Source of the DNA: an uncultured virus (IMG/VR IMGVR_UViG_3300041809_001460)
Lineage: Duplodnaviria; Heunggongvirae; Uroviricota; Caudoviricetes
DNA length: 64,000 bases
Virus record (IMG/VR): IMGVR_UViG_3300041809_001460
Reading direction: 5' to 3' (one strand)
The translations under genes and the position numbers were made by a program. Under the pieces are notes generated by a model. That model was not told where the DNA came from. It worked only from the letters and a program-made list of their open reading frames with translations, and did not search any database. Of the stretch, positions 48,583-57,752 are shown piece by piece (the stretch's first letter is position 1; the number at the start of each line of letters is the position of its first letter).

Positions 48583-50762
48583 GGCCAATTCCGCAATTCG
48601 CTCACTCGCCCGAGTATCTGCGGACTCGTAATGATCTGCGCCTGCGTTTGCTGCTGTGCGGAGAGGAGATGCGGGCGCGATACCGCTGTCCGGTTTATCT
48701 GTGCGGCTCCGGTTTGGAGACCGCCGACCCACAGGATTGGGACATACGCCCGATTGTCGAGAGCGCCATCTTCGGCGCCTACGATACGCAGTATTGGGGA
48801 ATTGAATCGGCCATGCGTACCGAGGAGCAGCGGAAGATGAACCTGCTGCCATTCGATGTGCGTATTTATCCGGATCGCCTCTGGTACTCTGCCAACGCGC
48901 TGCGGCTGGATGACCTGGAGTTTGCAGCCGAGCCTGTGGAGGCGCCACATTCCGAACCTTCGGCGGAGTGTGTCGAAGAGAACAAGCGGATGATCGAGGC
49001 CAACAAGGACAAGCCTGAATTTCACATCTTTCTAGGCGCGATGCTCTTTTTGCGGGGCGACAAGCAGACCGCGCTGCAGGCCTTCGTGAGAGCGCTTCAG
49101 CTGGACCCGAATAACGCTGGGGCCTGGCTCAATCTGGGTAATGTGTACTACGAATTTGGGGAGTTCCGCCGCGCTGCGATTTACTATCGGCGGGCGCTTT
49201 TGCTGAAGCCGGACTACGCTAAGGGGTGGATCAACATGGCCAACTCACTTTCGCAGTTGGGCTTCTATGCCTCCGCGCTGCCTTTCTACGAGCACGCCAT
49301 CAAGCTGGACCCGACCATTCCTGATGCCCACCATAACCGGGCCAACTGTCTGACTGCGCTCAAGCGCTATCCCGAGGCTGATGTGGCATTGAATCGGGCA
49401 TTTGAGATCAAGGCCGACCAGCCCTTCTATTTGAATACCCTGGGCAACCTGCGCAGCTCCGAGGGATACGACTACGCCGCGGCTGCTGCTTATAGAGTGG
49501 CGATCATGCTGGCTCCCAGGCACGCGCCGTTGTATACGAACCTGGGCAACATCTACGCCAACTTCGGCCGCTCCGAGGAAGCTGTTTTGAATTACGAACG
49601 TGGTCTGCTGCTGGACCCGAAAAACCCCGGGGTTCGATACAATCTGGCGCTGGCCTATCTCCGGGCTGGGAACTACCGGCTGGGATGGAAGGCCTACGAG
49701 GGGCGCTGGGGCTTTCGCGATCTAGGAGTGAAGAAGCGTGAATTCCCACAACCACTGTGGAAAGGTGAGCCGTTGTGCGGGAAGAAGATTTTGGTACACG
49801 CCGAGCAGGGTCTAGGTGATACGATGCAGTTCTGTCGATACATACCGTTGGTAGCGAAGCGTGGCGGGGTCGTCTATTTCGAGGTGCAGCACGGCCTGCA
49901 GAGGCTGATGGCGAACGTGGATGGGGTGCGTGTCGTATGCACGCGCGGCTTGAAACTACCAGAGTTCGATGTGCATTGCCCGCTGATGAGTATGCCCGCT
50001 ATCTTTGAAACCGACATCGACACCGTGCCCCTGAGCATTCCCTATGTCCATCCGTGGAAGTGGGAGGTCGAGAAGATGCTGAAGCGTTTTCCTCGAACCG
50101 GCCGCTTGCGGGTAGGCATTAGCTGGGCTGGGAATCCTAAATACAAAAAAGACCGTGTGCGATCGTTCTCGCTGCTTGAATTCGCGCCGCTGATGGAAAT
50201 TGACGGTGTCGATTTCTATTCCTTGCAAAAAGGAGCTGCCGCGCGGCAGATCGATAAATACAGCGGCCAGATTCGGGTGATCGACGCTTCATCTGATGCT
50301 GTTGATTTCGCTGAGAGCGCCGCGTTGGTCGAGACCCTGGACCTGGTGATCACCAGCGACAGCGCACCCATGCACCTGGCCGCCTCGATGGGCAAGGAAG
50401 TGTGGCTGGCGCTGGCTTACCTACCCGACTGGAGATGGATGGCGTCTGGAGACAAGACGCCCTGGTATCCCAATGTGCGTCTGTTTCGCCAGTCTGCCCC
50501 CGGAGACTGGCGGGGAGTTTTTCTGGAAATGAAAAATGCGTTGGAGAATAAAATGAACGTCCTTCGTGTCACGCAAGACAAGGTGGACTGCGTTGTGATG
50601 AGCGGGCTAGCGCCCGACGTCGCTAAGAGAACCGCGAACATACTCAACTCCAGCGCCGCTGCTGGAATCGCTTTTATCACTGATGGGGGAGAGCATGATT
50701 CTGGAGGACATCCTAAGTCAAGCTGGAGTGAAGTACCGCCAGCTGCCGGGCCGGCAAAATGA
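48579..50762 (+). CDS. TPR-repeat + GT9-like (GT-B) glycosyltransferase with N-terminal nucleotidyltransferase-like segment
   Basis: Tandem TPRs (A..LDP....AW.NLG); EQGLGDTMQFCRY, RVGISWAGNP, LDLVITSDSAPMHLA, PDWRW...TPWYP. Confidence 0.85.
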   Translation: MRPIPQFAHSPEYLRTRNDLRLRLLLCGEEMRARYRCPVYLCGSGLETADPQDWDIRPIVESAIFGAYDTQYWGIESAMRTEEQRKMNLLPFDVRIYPDRLWYSANALRLDDLEFAAEPVEAPHSEPSAECVEENKRMIEANKDKPEFHIFLGAMLFLRGDKQTALQAFVRALQLDPNNAGAWLNLGNVYYEFGEFRRAAIYYRRALLLKPDYAKGWINMANSLSQLGFYASALPFYEHAIKLDPTIPDAHHNRANCLTALKRYPEADVALNRAFEIKADQPFYLNTLGNLRSSEGYDYAAAAAYRVAIMLAPRHAPLYTNLGNIYANFGRSEEAVLNYERGLLLDPKNPGVRYNLALAYLRAGNYRLGWKAYEGRWGFRDLGVKKREFPQPLWKGEPLCGKKILVHAEQGLGDTMQFCRYIPLVAKRGGVVYFEVQHGLQRLMANVDGVRVVCTRGLKLPEFDVHCPLMSMPAIFETDIDTVPLSIPYVHPWKWEVEKMLKRFPRTGRLRVGISWAGNPKYKKDRVRSFSLLEFAPLMEIDGVDFYSLQKGAAARQIDKYSGQIRVIDASSDAVDFAESAALVETLDLVITSDSAPMHLAASMGKEVWLALAYLPDWRWMASGDKTPWYPNVRLFRQSAPGDWRGVFLEMKNALENKMNVLRVTQDKVDCVVMSGLAPDVAKRTANILNSSAAAGIAFITDGGEHDSGGHPKSSWSEVPPAAGPAK

Positions 50763-51666
50763 AGTTGTGCTGTGTTGCCCGTTTTGCGGCGACACCGAAT
50801 TCAAGTTCGGCCTGAATCTGGAAAATGGGAAAGCCCACTGCTTCCACGGGAGCTGTGAGTGGAAGTCGCGCAGCGTGGTCTATACCGCGCGCGAGCTCTG
50901 CAAGGTGTGGGGAATCCCCTTCGACTGGCGGCTGCGTCTGAGCGCTGCTAAGGCTGACGAGGAGCCGATAGTAGAGGAGCCAGCGCCGGAGCCAGTGCCC
51001 GCCGGGTTGCCGGACGAGTACGAGCCGTTCCATTGGATCGGCCAAGAGGTTGATGGACTCGAGAGGCGGGCCTACGACTATCTGCAGCGCCGCGGCGTGA
51101 CCGATGCAGAGATTCACGAATACCAGATCGGATTCGCTGTTGTGGGAAGATTCGCCTGGCGCGTGCTGTTCCCGGTGATTGGGGAAGACGAACTGGTTTA
51201 CGGTTGCGTGGGCCGCGACTTCTCCGGTGAAGGCGAACCCAAGTATCTCAATACCCAGGGAATCAAACTGCTGTGGAACGCGCAGCACGAGGCGCGTACG
51301 GCTGTGGTGGTCGAGGGAGCGCTCGACGGCATAAAGACCAATCGTGTGCTGCGGAAGTATTTTCGCAACTGCGTCTGCGTCGCCGATCTGGGCAGCGTGA
51401 TGACTCCACAACAGATGGCGCAGCTGGCGAAGTATCGGCTGGTGATTCACTTTCCCGACTTTGACACGGCGGGGGTAAAAGGAGCCATGCGACGCGCTGA
51501 GGAGACCGCGGCGGCTGGGATCGAGACCAGGATTGTGGAGCCGCCGACGATGGACGGCAGCGATCCAGACAGTCTTGATGAGAGCGTGATTGTAGAGTGT
51601 CTACGCCGGGCCAGGCCATGGACCCGGGTCGAAAAATATAGGATGCGGCTAGCGGCACTTAGATGA
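50695..51666 (+). CDS. DNA primase (Zn-finger + TOPRIM)
   Basis: CPFC...HCFHGSC; GRDF...PKYLN; VVVEGALD; DFDTAG. Confidence 0.85.
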   Translation: MILEDILSQAGVKYRQLPGRQNEVVLCCPFCGDTEFKFGLNLENGKAHCFHGSCEWKSRSVVYTARELCKVWGIPFDWRLRLSAAKADEEPIVEEPAPEPVPAGLPDEYEPFHWIGQEVDGLERRAYDYLQRRGVTDAEIHEYQIGFAVVGRFAWRVLFPVIGEDELVYGCVGRDFSGEGEPKYLNTQGIKLLWNAQHEARTAVVVEGALDGIKTNRVLRKYFRNCVCVADLGSVMTPQQMAQLAKYRLVIHFPDFDTAGVKGAMRRAEETAAAGIETRIVEPPTMDGSDPDSLDESVIVECLRRARPWTRVEKYRMRLAALR

Positions 51667-51845
51667 GGGCTTTATGCGAGCAAGTGGGCCTCTCGAAACT
51701 TACCTGGGAGGATGTTAGGTACATCCGCAGGCATTACTCTAAGGGTAAGAAAAACGGGCTAGCCAAAAAGTTCGACGTGAGTTATGGGCAGGTGTGGAAA
51801 ATTGCAAACGGATTAGTTTGGAAGGGTGGAGAGAAAACGATATGA
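51663..51845 (+). CDS. Small HTH-like DNA-binding protein (resembles C-terminal domain of HNH homing endonucleases)
   Basis: SKLTWEDVRYIR...LAKKFDVS...I.NG..W. Confidence 0.55.
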   Translation: MRALCEQVGLSKLTWEDVRYIRRHYSKGKKNGLAKKFDVSYGQVWKIANGLVWKGGEKTI

Positions 51846-52801
51846 GAGTGATTTGCATCGATGCACGGAATATGTGCTACAAGGCTGGATGGGTGGGTAA
51901 GCGCTTCAGGTCATCGGGCGGTGAAGAGACCGGCGTCGTACACGGAATTCTCTTGGGCATGGCCGCCATCAAGAGGCGTTATCCGCTGGCTAAGTTTGTG
52001 ATGGTCTGGGATGGCCTGGACAGGAAGAACAACTGGCGATTGAAAATCTTTCCGCAATACAAGTCGAATCGTAGTGAAAGCATCTCGCAGGAGCACCGGG
52101 ACCTGCGTGAGTCAGTGACGCGGCAGATTGGGCTTGTGAAGGAGCTGCTGTTGTCCGTGGGCGTTCCGCAGATCGAAATTCCGCTGCTCGAGGCCGATGA
52201 TGTGATCGGGATACTGACCGAGAAGATCGCGGCCCGCGGCTGGAAGCCAATGGTTTTCTCCTCCGACCAGGACTATCTGCAACTGATGGACTATGGAGTG
52301 GAGATCATCACCTCCGCATCAGGCCCGCCGATCGACGAAAGGGCTGTGAAAAGCAAGTGGCGCTGCACCTCCGAGAATGTGCTGCGTCTGAGGTCGTTGC
52401 TGGGGGATTCTAGCGATGGCGTGCCACGGCCGGTGTCTGGGGTCGGCCCGGTGGCTGCGGCTCGCTATATCGAAGCTGGTGTGACCCCAGAGGTATCCAG
52501 GTTCGAGGACATGCCACGGTCTACCCGTGAGCAGGCTGAGAGGCTGCGGGAGCAGTGGCCGCTGATCCACATGAACTACCGGCTGATGCGCATTCTTAGG
52601 GGGTGCCATGACCCGGACTTTCCCAAAGAGCTGGTGGCCCAGGTCAGTGTCGAGACGCGGCGTGTATTGAAGGCACTGGCCGAGCCGACGAAGCTGAAGC
52701 CGAGCGACTATCAGGCGATGCTGGACACGCTGGCCAGGCTCGATCTACAGGAGGCCATCGCCAACCGGCGGGATATTTGGAACCTCCAGTCCTCTAAATG
52801 A
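51842..52801 (+). CDS. 5'-3' exonuclease / flap endonuclease (PolI 5'-nuclease family)
   Basis: IDA.N; VWDG; YKSNR; LEADDVIG; SSDQDYLQ; LLGDSSDGVP..V.GVG. Confidence 0.9.
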   Translation: MRVICIDARNMCYKAGWVGKRFRSSGGEETGVVHGILLGMAAIKRRYPLAKFVMVWDGLDRKNNWRLKIFPQYKSNRSESISQEHRDLRESVTRQIGLVKELLLSVGVPQIEIPLLEADDVIGILTEKIAARGWKPMVFSSDQDYLQLMDYGVEIITSASGPPIDERAVKSKWRCTSENVLRLRSLLGDSSDGVPRPVSGVGPVAAARYIEAGVTPEVSRFEDMPRSTREQAERLREQWPLIHMNYRLMRILRGCHDPDFPKELVAQVSVETRRVLKALAEPTKLKPSDYQAMLDTLARLDLQEAIANRRDIWNLQSSK

Positions 52802-52853
52802 CTGAAAATAGACTGAATAAAGACGTTGACTTTACGCCCCAGCGCGGTAGAAT
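52800..52853 (+). promoter_or_regulatory. Sigma70-like promoter with the same upstream tandem repeat
   Basis: GACTGAAAATAGACTGAATAAAGAC followed by TTGACT-16-TAGAAT. Confidence 0.65.
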
Positions 52854-52867
52854 TATGACTGGTTGAG

Positions 52868-53134
52868 GTGAAGACTATGGCAATGAGCAAACAGGACTTT
52901 ATCGCACTGGCTGATTCGATCAGGGAATTCAATCGCACAGCGTTTTGGGGAACCGATAAAAACGGGGTTCAAGGCACAGGGAACGCCCCGCTGCAAGGTG
53001 ATGCCCTGAAAATGCTGGCCGACTTCTGCCAAAGGCAGAGCGGACCGGGCGGATTCAAACGGCAGCGGTGGATGGACTATATCGCTGGCGAGTGCGGCCC
53101 GAACGGCGGCCCGAGGGGTGAGGCGAAGCTGTGA
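52868..53134 (+). CDS. Hypothetical phage protein
   Basis: GAGGTG RBS; MSKQDFIALAD...F...RW..YIAG. Confidence 0.7.
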   Translation: MKTMAMSKQDFIALADSIREFNRTAFWGTDKNGVQGTGNAPLQGDALKMLADFCQRQSGPGGFKRQRWMDYIAGECGPNGGPRGEAKL

Positions 53135-53403
53135 AGAAATGCCAACATTGCCGAGAGGAAGTTTTACCGGGCGACGCTATCATGGCGTTCAACAACGGCG
53201 ACGTGATCATGCACCGTGTCTGCGGACTTCGAGGCGTGATCGGCTCCGTGGCGCATCTCCAACGCCGGTGCTCCTGCTATGTCAAGGGATCGACCGAGGA
53301 CGATCCGCCCGAGATGACACGCCGCCAGGCCGCGGAAGCAGCGGTTACGCTCTGGGAAACACAGAATCTAGGTAGTAAAGATGGGCCGAAAATTCACAGT
53401 TGA
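53131..53403 (+). CDS. Small Cys/His-rich protein
   Basis: GTGA overlap; CQHC...HRVC...H...CSC. Confidence 0.65.
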   Translation: MKKCQHCREEVLPGDAIMAFNNGDVIMHRVCGLRGVIGSVAHLQRRCSCYVKGSTEDDPPEMTRRQAAEAAVTLWETQNLGSKDGPKIHS

Positions 53404-53465
53404 CAGGAGCGCCCGGCGGCGCTCTACTGTGTATCTCTCTCGATTTCGTTTTGAAGGTGAAGTCT

Positions 53466-55112
53466 ATGCAAGTTTCTCCTCTAGTGGACAGCTGCCAACG
53501 CCTAATCCACCAAAAAGCCTTTCGTACCTACCATCGAATCGCACCGGAAAACCGGCGCTGGATCGATCCTGAGGACGTGATACAGGACGGGATCATCGCT
53601 GCCTGGGAAGCCGAGCAGCGCTACAAGAAGAACCGCGGCGCTAAGTTTTCTACCTATCTCTACAACGGTCTGGACATGCTGTTCTCGGGGAAGTATACCG
53701 TTCCTTTGAGACAGAAGAAGCGCCAAGCGTCGCTGCTGGAGCTGGACGCGCCGTTGCAGCTTGAGGACGGTAGTACCGCGCTGCACGAGTCCATTTCCGA
53801 TGACGAGCATCCCAGCCAGTCCCCAGACAAAATGTTCGAGGCCATCTCCGGGGTTCTGCGGGTCTGCCATTCGATCCCGCCCTCAGCCCTGAGTTTCTTT
53901 CTGCAGGTGATCACCGACGAGACCGGACGGATACTGCGGCGGGACATTGTTGACAAGAACAAACAGCTGCGAAGACGTAATGTAGACTTTATAGGATGTA
54001 TACCTGAGACCTGCCGACGGTACAAAGTGACTCGGGAGGACTTGGCGCTGGTTATGGCGAGCGGTTATGCAAAGGGGATCGTGGTGGATGGAGTAGTGAA
54101 GTCCGCCGAGCACCTGGGAGAAGACGATGCCAAGGTGCTGGAGTGTCTTGAGTGCCGAGAACTGTTTTCATTGAACGATGCCCGGGCTGGGCGATACTCC
54201 GCTACGAGCCTTACTTGCTCGGCCTGTCTGCGCGGTCTACATCAGATCGGCCCGGATAACTCTTGCTTTGGACGGCGCAAGGTGGTAAAAAACGGTAGGA
54301 CGGCAGCGGAGGGATATTCCGAAGCCGACGTCGAATGCAGATTGCATTGCCGCGACCGTGCAGCGTGCAGGAAGTATATCGAGGAAAGGGAGAAGGGTAT
54401 GGCAGAGTCAGTTGACAACCTGGAACTCGAGTCGGAGCTGGAGGGGGTTGACTTCAGCGACATCGAGGAAGAGGAAGAAGTTCCTGAAGTAGAACCTGAA
54501 ACCAAAAAGCCCGCAACGTCGAAGAAGGCCGTGAAGCCGGCCGCGACGAAGACCGTCAAGGCAGCAAAGGCTGCACCGGCGAAAGCCGCGAAACCAACCA
54601 AGACGGTGAAAGCAGCCCCGGCCAAGGCTGTGAAGGCAACCAAGACGGTGAAAGCGGCTAAGAACGTGAAGAAAGCCGCTCCGGCTAAGGCTGCTAAAGC
54701 AGCGCCGGCGAAGCGCCTGCGCGCTGAACCTGGCCATGCGAAGACCCCGCGGAATACCCCATCGGGGAAGATCGACCCCAAGGTGGCATTGAAGAAGGGG
54801 CTGATCAAGCTGGATGCGAAGGGACGCGATCTGCCTTACAAGGATGGGAGCGTGATGCGCTACTACCTTGAGCAGGCGTTGCAGCCCGGCGGAGTCAGCG
54901 AGGACTCGCTCGAGAAGTGGGCGATGAAGAACGGCTACGACCACCGCTATCAGCGTGCGGTTCTGGTTTCCGGGCAGAACGGCGGCACCGCCGTACGGCC
55001 CTACGCCACGACCCACACCTGGAAGGTGGAAGTGAAGAATGGCCGCATCCGCGTGTACGACCTGAAGCGGATCGCCTACTACAAGAAGATCGGGCGGCTG
55101 TTCAAGAAATAA
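53466..55112 (+). CDS. Sigma-factor-like protein fused to Cys-rich, acidic and histone-H1-like (A/K/P) regions
   Basis: Region-2-like DPEDVIQDGIIAAWEA...RGAKFSTYLY; region-3-like LDAPL..DG..L.E.I.D; AKAAPAKA repeats. Confidence 0.7.
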   Translation: MQVSPLVDSCQRLIHQKAFRTYHRIAPENRRWIDPEDVIQDGIIAAWEAEQRYKKNRGAKFSTYLYNGLDMLFSGKYTVPLRQKKRQASLLELDAPLQLEDGSTALHESISDDEHPSQSPDKMFEAISGVLRVCHSIPPSALSFFLQVITDETGRILRRDIVDKNKQLRRRNVDFIGCIPETCRRYKVTREDLALVMASGYAKGIVVDGVVKSAEHLGEDDAKVLECLECRELFSLNDARAGRYSATSLTCSACLRGLHQIGPDNSCFGRRKVVKNGRTAAEGYSEADVECRLHCRDRAACRKYIEEREKGMAESVDNLELESELEGVDFSDIEEEEEVPEVEPETKKPATSKKAVKPAATKTVKAAKAAPAKAAKPTKTVKAAPAKAVKATKTVKAAKNVKKAAPAKAAKAAPAKRLRAEPGHAKTPRNTPSGKIDPKVALKKGLIKLDAKGRDLPYKDGSVMRYYLEQALQPGGVSEDSLEKWAMKNGYDHRYQRAVLVSGQNGGTAVRPYATTHTWKVEVKNGRIRVYDLKRIAYYKKIGRLFKK

Positions 55113-55133
55113 CTTTTCTCTCGGAGAGGGAAT

Positions 55134-55164
55134 AAACCGGCGTCGCTGACGCCGGTTTTCTTTT
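55134..55164 (+). terminator. Intrinsic terminator
   Basis: AAACCGGCGTC-GCT-GACGCCGGTTT-TCTTTT. Confidence 0.85.
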
Positions 55165-55177
55165 ATAGAATGAACTT

Positions 55178-56233
55178 ATGTCGGTGAAGGCGCGGTACAA
55201 AATTCTCTGTGGCGATGCGCTCGAGATGCTGAAAAAACTCCCCGACAATTCCATCCAAGTCTGCGTGACCAGCCCGCCATACTACAACCTCCGCGACTAT
55301 GGAACAGCGACCTGGATTGGCGGAGACCCGAAGTGCGGCCACAAGCAGAAGATCGCCCGCTCGACAAAATCGAACTTGACCCAGCCGAAGAGCGGCAAGC
55401 GGAAGGTCGAAGAAGCTGGAAGGCCGTTTGGCTCTGTATGCCCGCTGTGCGGGGCGACGAGGACCGATCAGCAGATCGGCATCGAGGAGACTCCACAGCA
55501 ATACATCGACCGGCTGGTGGCCGTCTTCGAGCAGGTGCGGCGCGTTCTCAAGCCGGGAGGGACCTGCTGGATCAACATCGGAGACAGCTACAACGGATTG
55601 GGCGCGCATTCTAATGAGCTGCGTGGGGCGAAAGCGCATCCGCTCGAACGTGAAGGGTGTTTGAAACAGGCTACGCATTTGGACGGCCTGAAGCCGAAGG
55701 ACTTGATCGGCATTCCCTGGATGCTGGCCTTCGCTATGCGGAGCGCTGGATGGTACTGGCGGCAGGACATAGTCTGGTCGAAGACCTTCTGCCTGCCCAG
55801 CCCTATCAAGGATCGCTGCACCACTTCACATGAGCCAATCCTGTTTTTCTCGAAAAGCCGGTGTTACGAGTTCAATGCTGAGGCTATCGCCGAGCCTGCT
55901 GTGAGCGCGGGTACAACCTATGTAGTGAATGGCGAAGTGAAGACCATCGGTGAGATGAGGAATCGACGCAGTGTGTGGGCGATCGCTCCTTCATCGGTGC
56001 GAGATGAGCACTATGCACCGTTCCCGCAGGAGATTCCAAAGACCTGCATTCTCGCGGGCAGCGCCGAGAACGATATTATCCTGGACCCTTTCATGGGCAG
56101 CGGGACCACCGGGTTTGTAGCACTCAAACTCGGCCGCCGCTTTGTCGGCGTTGACCTTGATCCGCGCTCTGTGAAGATCGCTGAGAAGAGATTTGTGCGC
56201 GCCATCCCCAGCTTGGCCTGGGAGATGTACTAG
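55178..56233 (+). CDS. DNA N4-cytosine/N6-adenine methyltransferase (beta class)
   Basis: TSPPY near the N-terminus, [10 protein letters not shown] near the C-terminus. Confidence 0.9.
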   Translation: MSVKARYKILCGDALEMLKKLPDNSIQVCVTSPPYYNLRDYGTATWIGGDPKCGHKQKIARSTKSNLTQPKSGKRKVEEAGRPFGSVCPLCGATRTDQQIGIEETPQQYIDRLVAVFEQVRRVLKPGGTCWINIGDSYNGLGAHSNELRGAKAHPLEREGCLKQATHLDGLKPKDLIGIPWMLAFAMRSAGWYWRQDIVWSKTFCLPSPIKDRCTTSHEPILFFSKSRCYEFNAEAIAEPAVSAGTTYVVNGEVKTIGEMRNRRSVWAIAPSSVRDEHYAPFPQEIPKTCILAGSAENDIILDPFMGSGTTGFVALKLGRRFVGVDLDPRSVKIAEKRFVRAIPSLAWEMY

Positions 56234-56265
56234 CTGGACGCGAAAGGAGTTTTATAAAGTAGGGC

Positions 56266-57336
56266 ATGGCTACGCAGCAAGCGAAGATTCCTGCAAAAAA
56301 CTTTCGCGCCCTGATCAGAGGAATTCTAAAGTTCCGGCCTTCTGCAGCAGCGCCAACGTCCCAGATCGTCAACTTCTCTGTGAACAACGGCCGCGCCCGC
56401 GCCTCTATTGGCGGGGGCCAGGGCACCGTGATTACGACCGGCGCTGTACTAGCGACACGGGAGGTCGAACCATTCGGCGCTTATTACAGCCACCTGGAGA
56501 GCTACGCTAATCTGCTGCCGGACGAGGGCGACGTGGAGTTGTCCAGGACCGACGGGGATGTGCTGTTTTTGTGTGGGCCGAAACGCCGCCTCAAGCTGGC
56601 GCTGACCCCGGGCATCGTGATCCCGAGGCCCAAGGTGCCCGAGCCTTTCTTCGTGGCTGATGAGGAGACCGCGAAGATGCTGAAGTGGCTCGTGAGCGTA
56701 GCGGAGAAGGATGAGACCAAGCCGGACATGTGCTGCGTTTATCTGCGCAACGGCAGCGCCATGGCCGGGAATCAGAAGTGCATCGCCGTGGTGAAGCATG
56801 AGCGGCTGCCTGACGTGGAGTTGCCGCTGCCGCTGGCCGTATGCAATGTGCTCGAGCCGGGCGACAAGCTGGCCCGAACCGATAAGGGGCTGCTGCTGGT
56901 CAGCGGTGGATGCGTCTCTCAGATTCCGTATCTGATCCAGACCTTGCACTTCCCTGTAGGGACGATAGACCGCCTGGACAACGCTAAAGCTGAGAACTAT
57001 GGGCACAGCACCGGCGACGCTATGAGAGTGGTGTTCAAGGAATCAGCTGATTGTGTGGCGCGGGTCCCGGGAGCGCAGGCCTGTGTGGTTCTGACCTTTG
57101 GCAAGGACGGAATCCAGGCTCGAGCGCAAAGCCAGAACGCGGCCTTCCGCACGGTGCTGGATGGGACGGTTGAGAAGGACGGTGAATTGTGGCTGGAGCT
57201 GCCGGAAGCTGAAGAGGCTCTGGACCTGTTTGCTAATGGTGATGTGTTCTGCAAGAAGCTGTTGCCCAAGGGTGAGGCGATGCTCGAGGGGAACGGGGCG
57301 AAAGCCTTCTTCGCCCCCGTGCATCCGATCGGTTAA
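56266..57336 (+). CDS. Probable sliding clamp (DnaN-like)
   Basis: 356 aa, three-domain alpha/beta pattern, V...D..KP....VYL motif; located next to the polymerase. Confidence 0.5.
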   Translation: MATQQAKIPAKNFRALIRGILKFRPSAAAPTSQIVNFSVNNGRARASIGGGQGTVITTGAVLATREVEPFGAYYSHLESYANLLPDEGDVELSRTDGDVLFLCGPKRRLKLALTPGIVIPRPKVPEPFFVADEETAKMLKWLVSVAEKDETKPDMCCVYLRNGSAMAGNQKCIAVVKHERLPDVELPLPLAVCNVLEPGDKLARTDKGLLLVSGGCVSQIPYLIQTLHFPVGTIDRLDNAKAENYGHSTGDAMRVVFKESADCVARVPGAQACVVLTFGKDGIQARAQSQNAAFRTVLDGTVEKDGELWLELPEAEEALDLFANGDVFCKKLLPKGEAMLEGNGAKAFFAPVHPIG

Positions 57337-57446
57337 CCCGTCTTCTTCTTCGGCGCAGGCTTCGGAAGACGCACCGGCTTGGGAGGACGGAGCGCCACCG
57401 TAGCCTGGAGCTGTTTGATGTACCGACGCTCTGACCAAAAACTCAT
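57333..57446 (-). CDS. Small basic peptide (37 aa); the only supported minus-strand gene
   Basis: MSFWSERRYIKQLQATVALRPPKPVRLPKPAPKKKTG; stop shares TTAA with the clamp gene; promoter directly upstream. Confidence 0.55.
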   Translation of the reverse strand: MSFWSERRYIKQLQATVALRPPKPVRLPKPAPKKKTG

Positions 57447-57481
57447 AACCCGACGGTAGCAAACTTTGAAATAGACGTCAA
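57447..57481 (-). promoter_or_regulatory. Sigma70-like promoter for the leaderless minus-strand gene
   Basis: TTGACG-17 nt (ending TGC)-TACCGT-6 nt-ATG. Confidence 0.55.
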
Positions 57482-57500
57482 ACTGAAGGGAGCACGAATC

Positions 57501-57752
57501 ATGGACGTAGAAGGTTCTTCCTATACCGATGAGGACGTGACGAAGGCATTTCGCGATGGTGAGCGCTGCTATCTCTGCGGCGGCACTTCATGGCTGGCTG
57601 GGCCTGAAGCTGGTCTAAGCCGGAACATTGAGTGCGAGGGATGTGGTGTTGATCTCAACGTTTCACCGCTCTCCGTAGAGAGGATTGGCTGGAACCTGTC
57701 CGGCCGCTTCAATGATGACGGAACACTGAAACAGAAAATCCATGCCATTTGA
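57501..57752 (+). CDS. Small Zn-ribbon protein
   Basis: AGGGAG RBS; CYLCG...GP..GLSRNIECEGC. Confidence 0.65.
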   Translation: MDVEGSSYTDEDVTKAFRDGERCYLCGGTSWLAGPEAGLSRNIECEGCGVDLNVSPLSVERIGWNLSGRFNDDGTLKQKIHAI

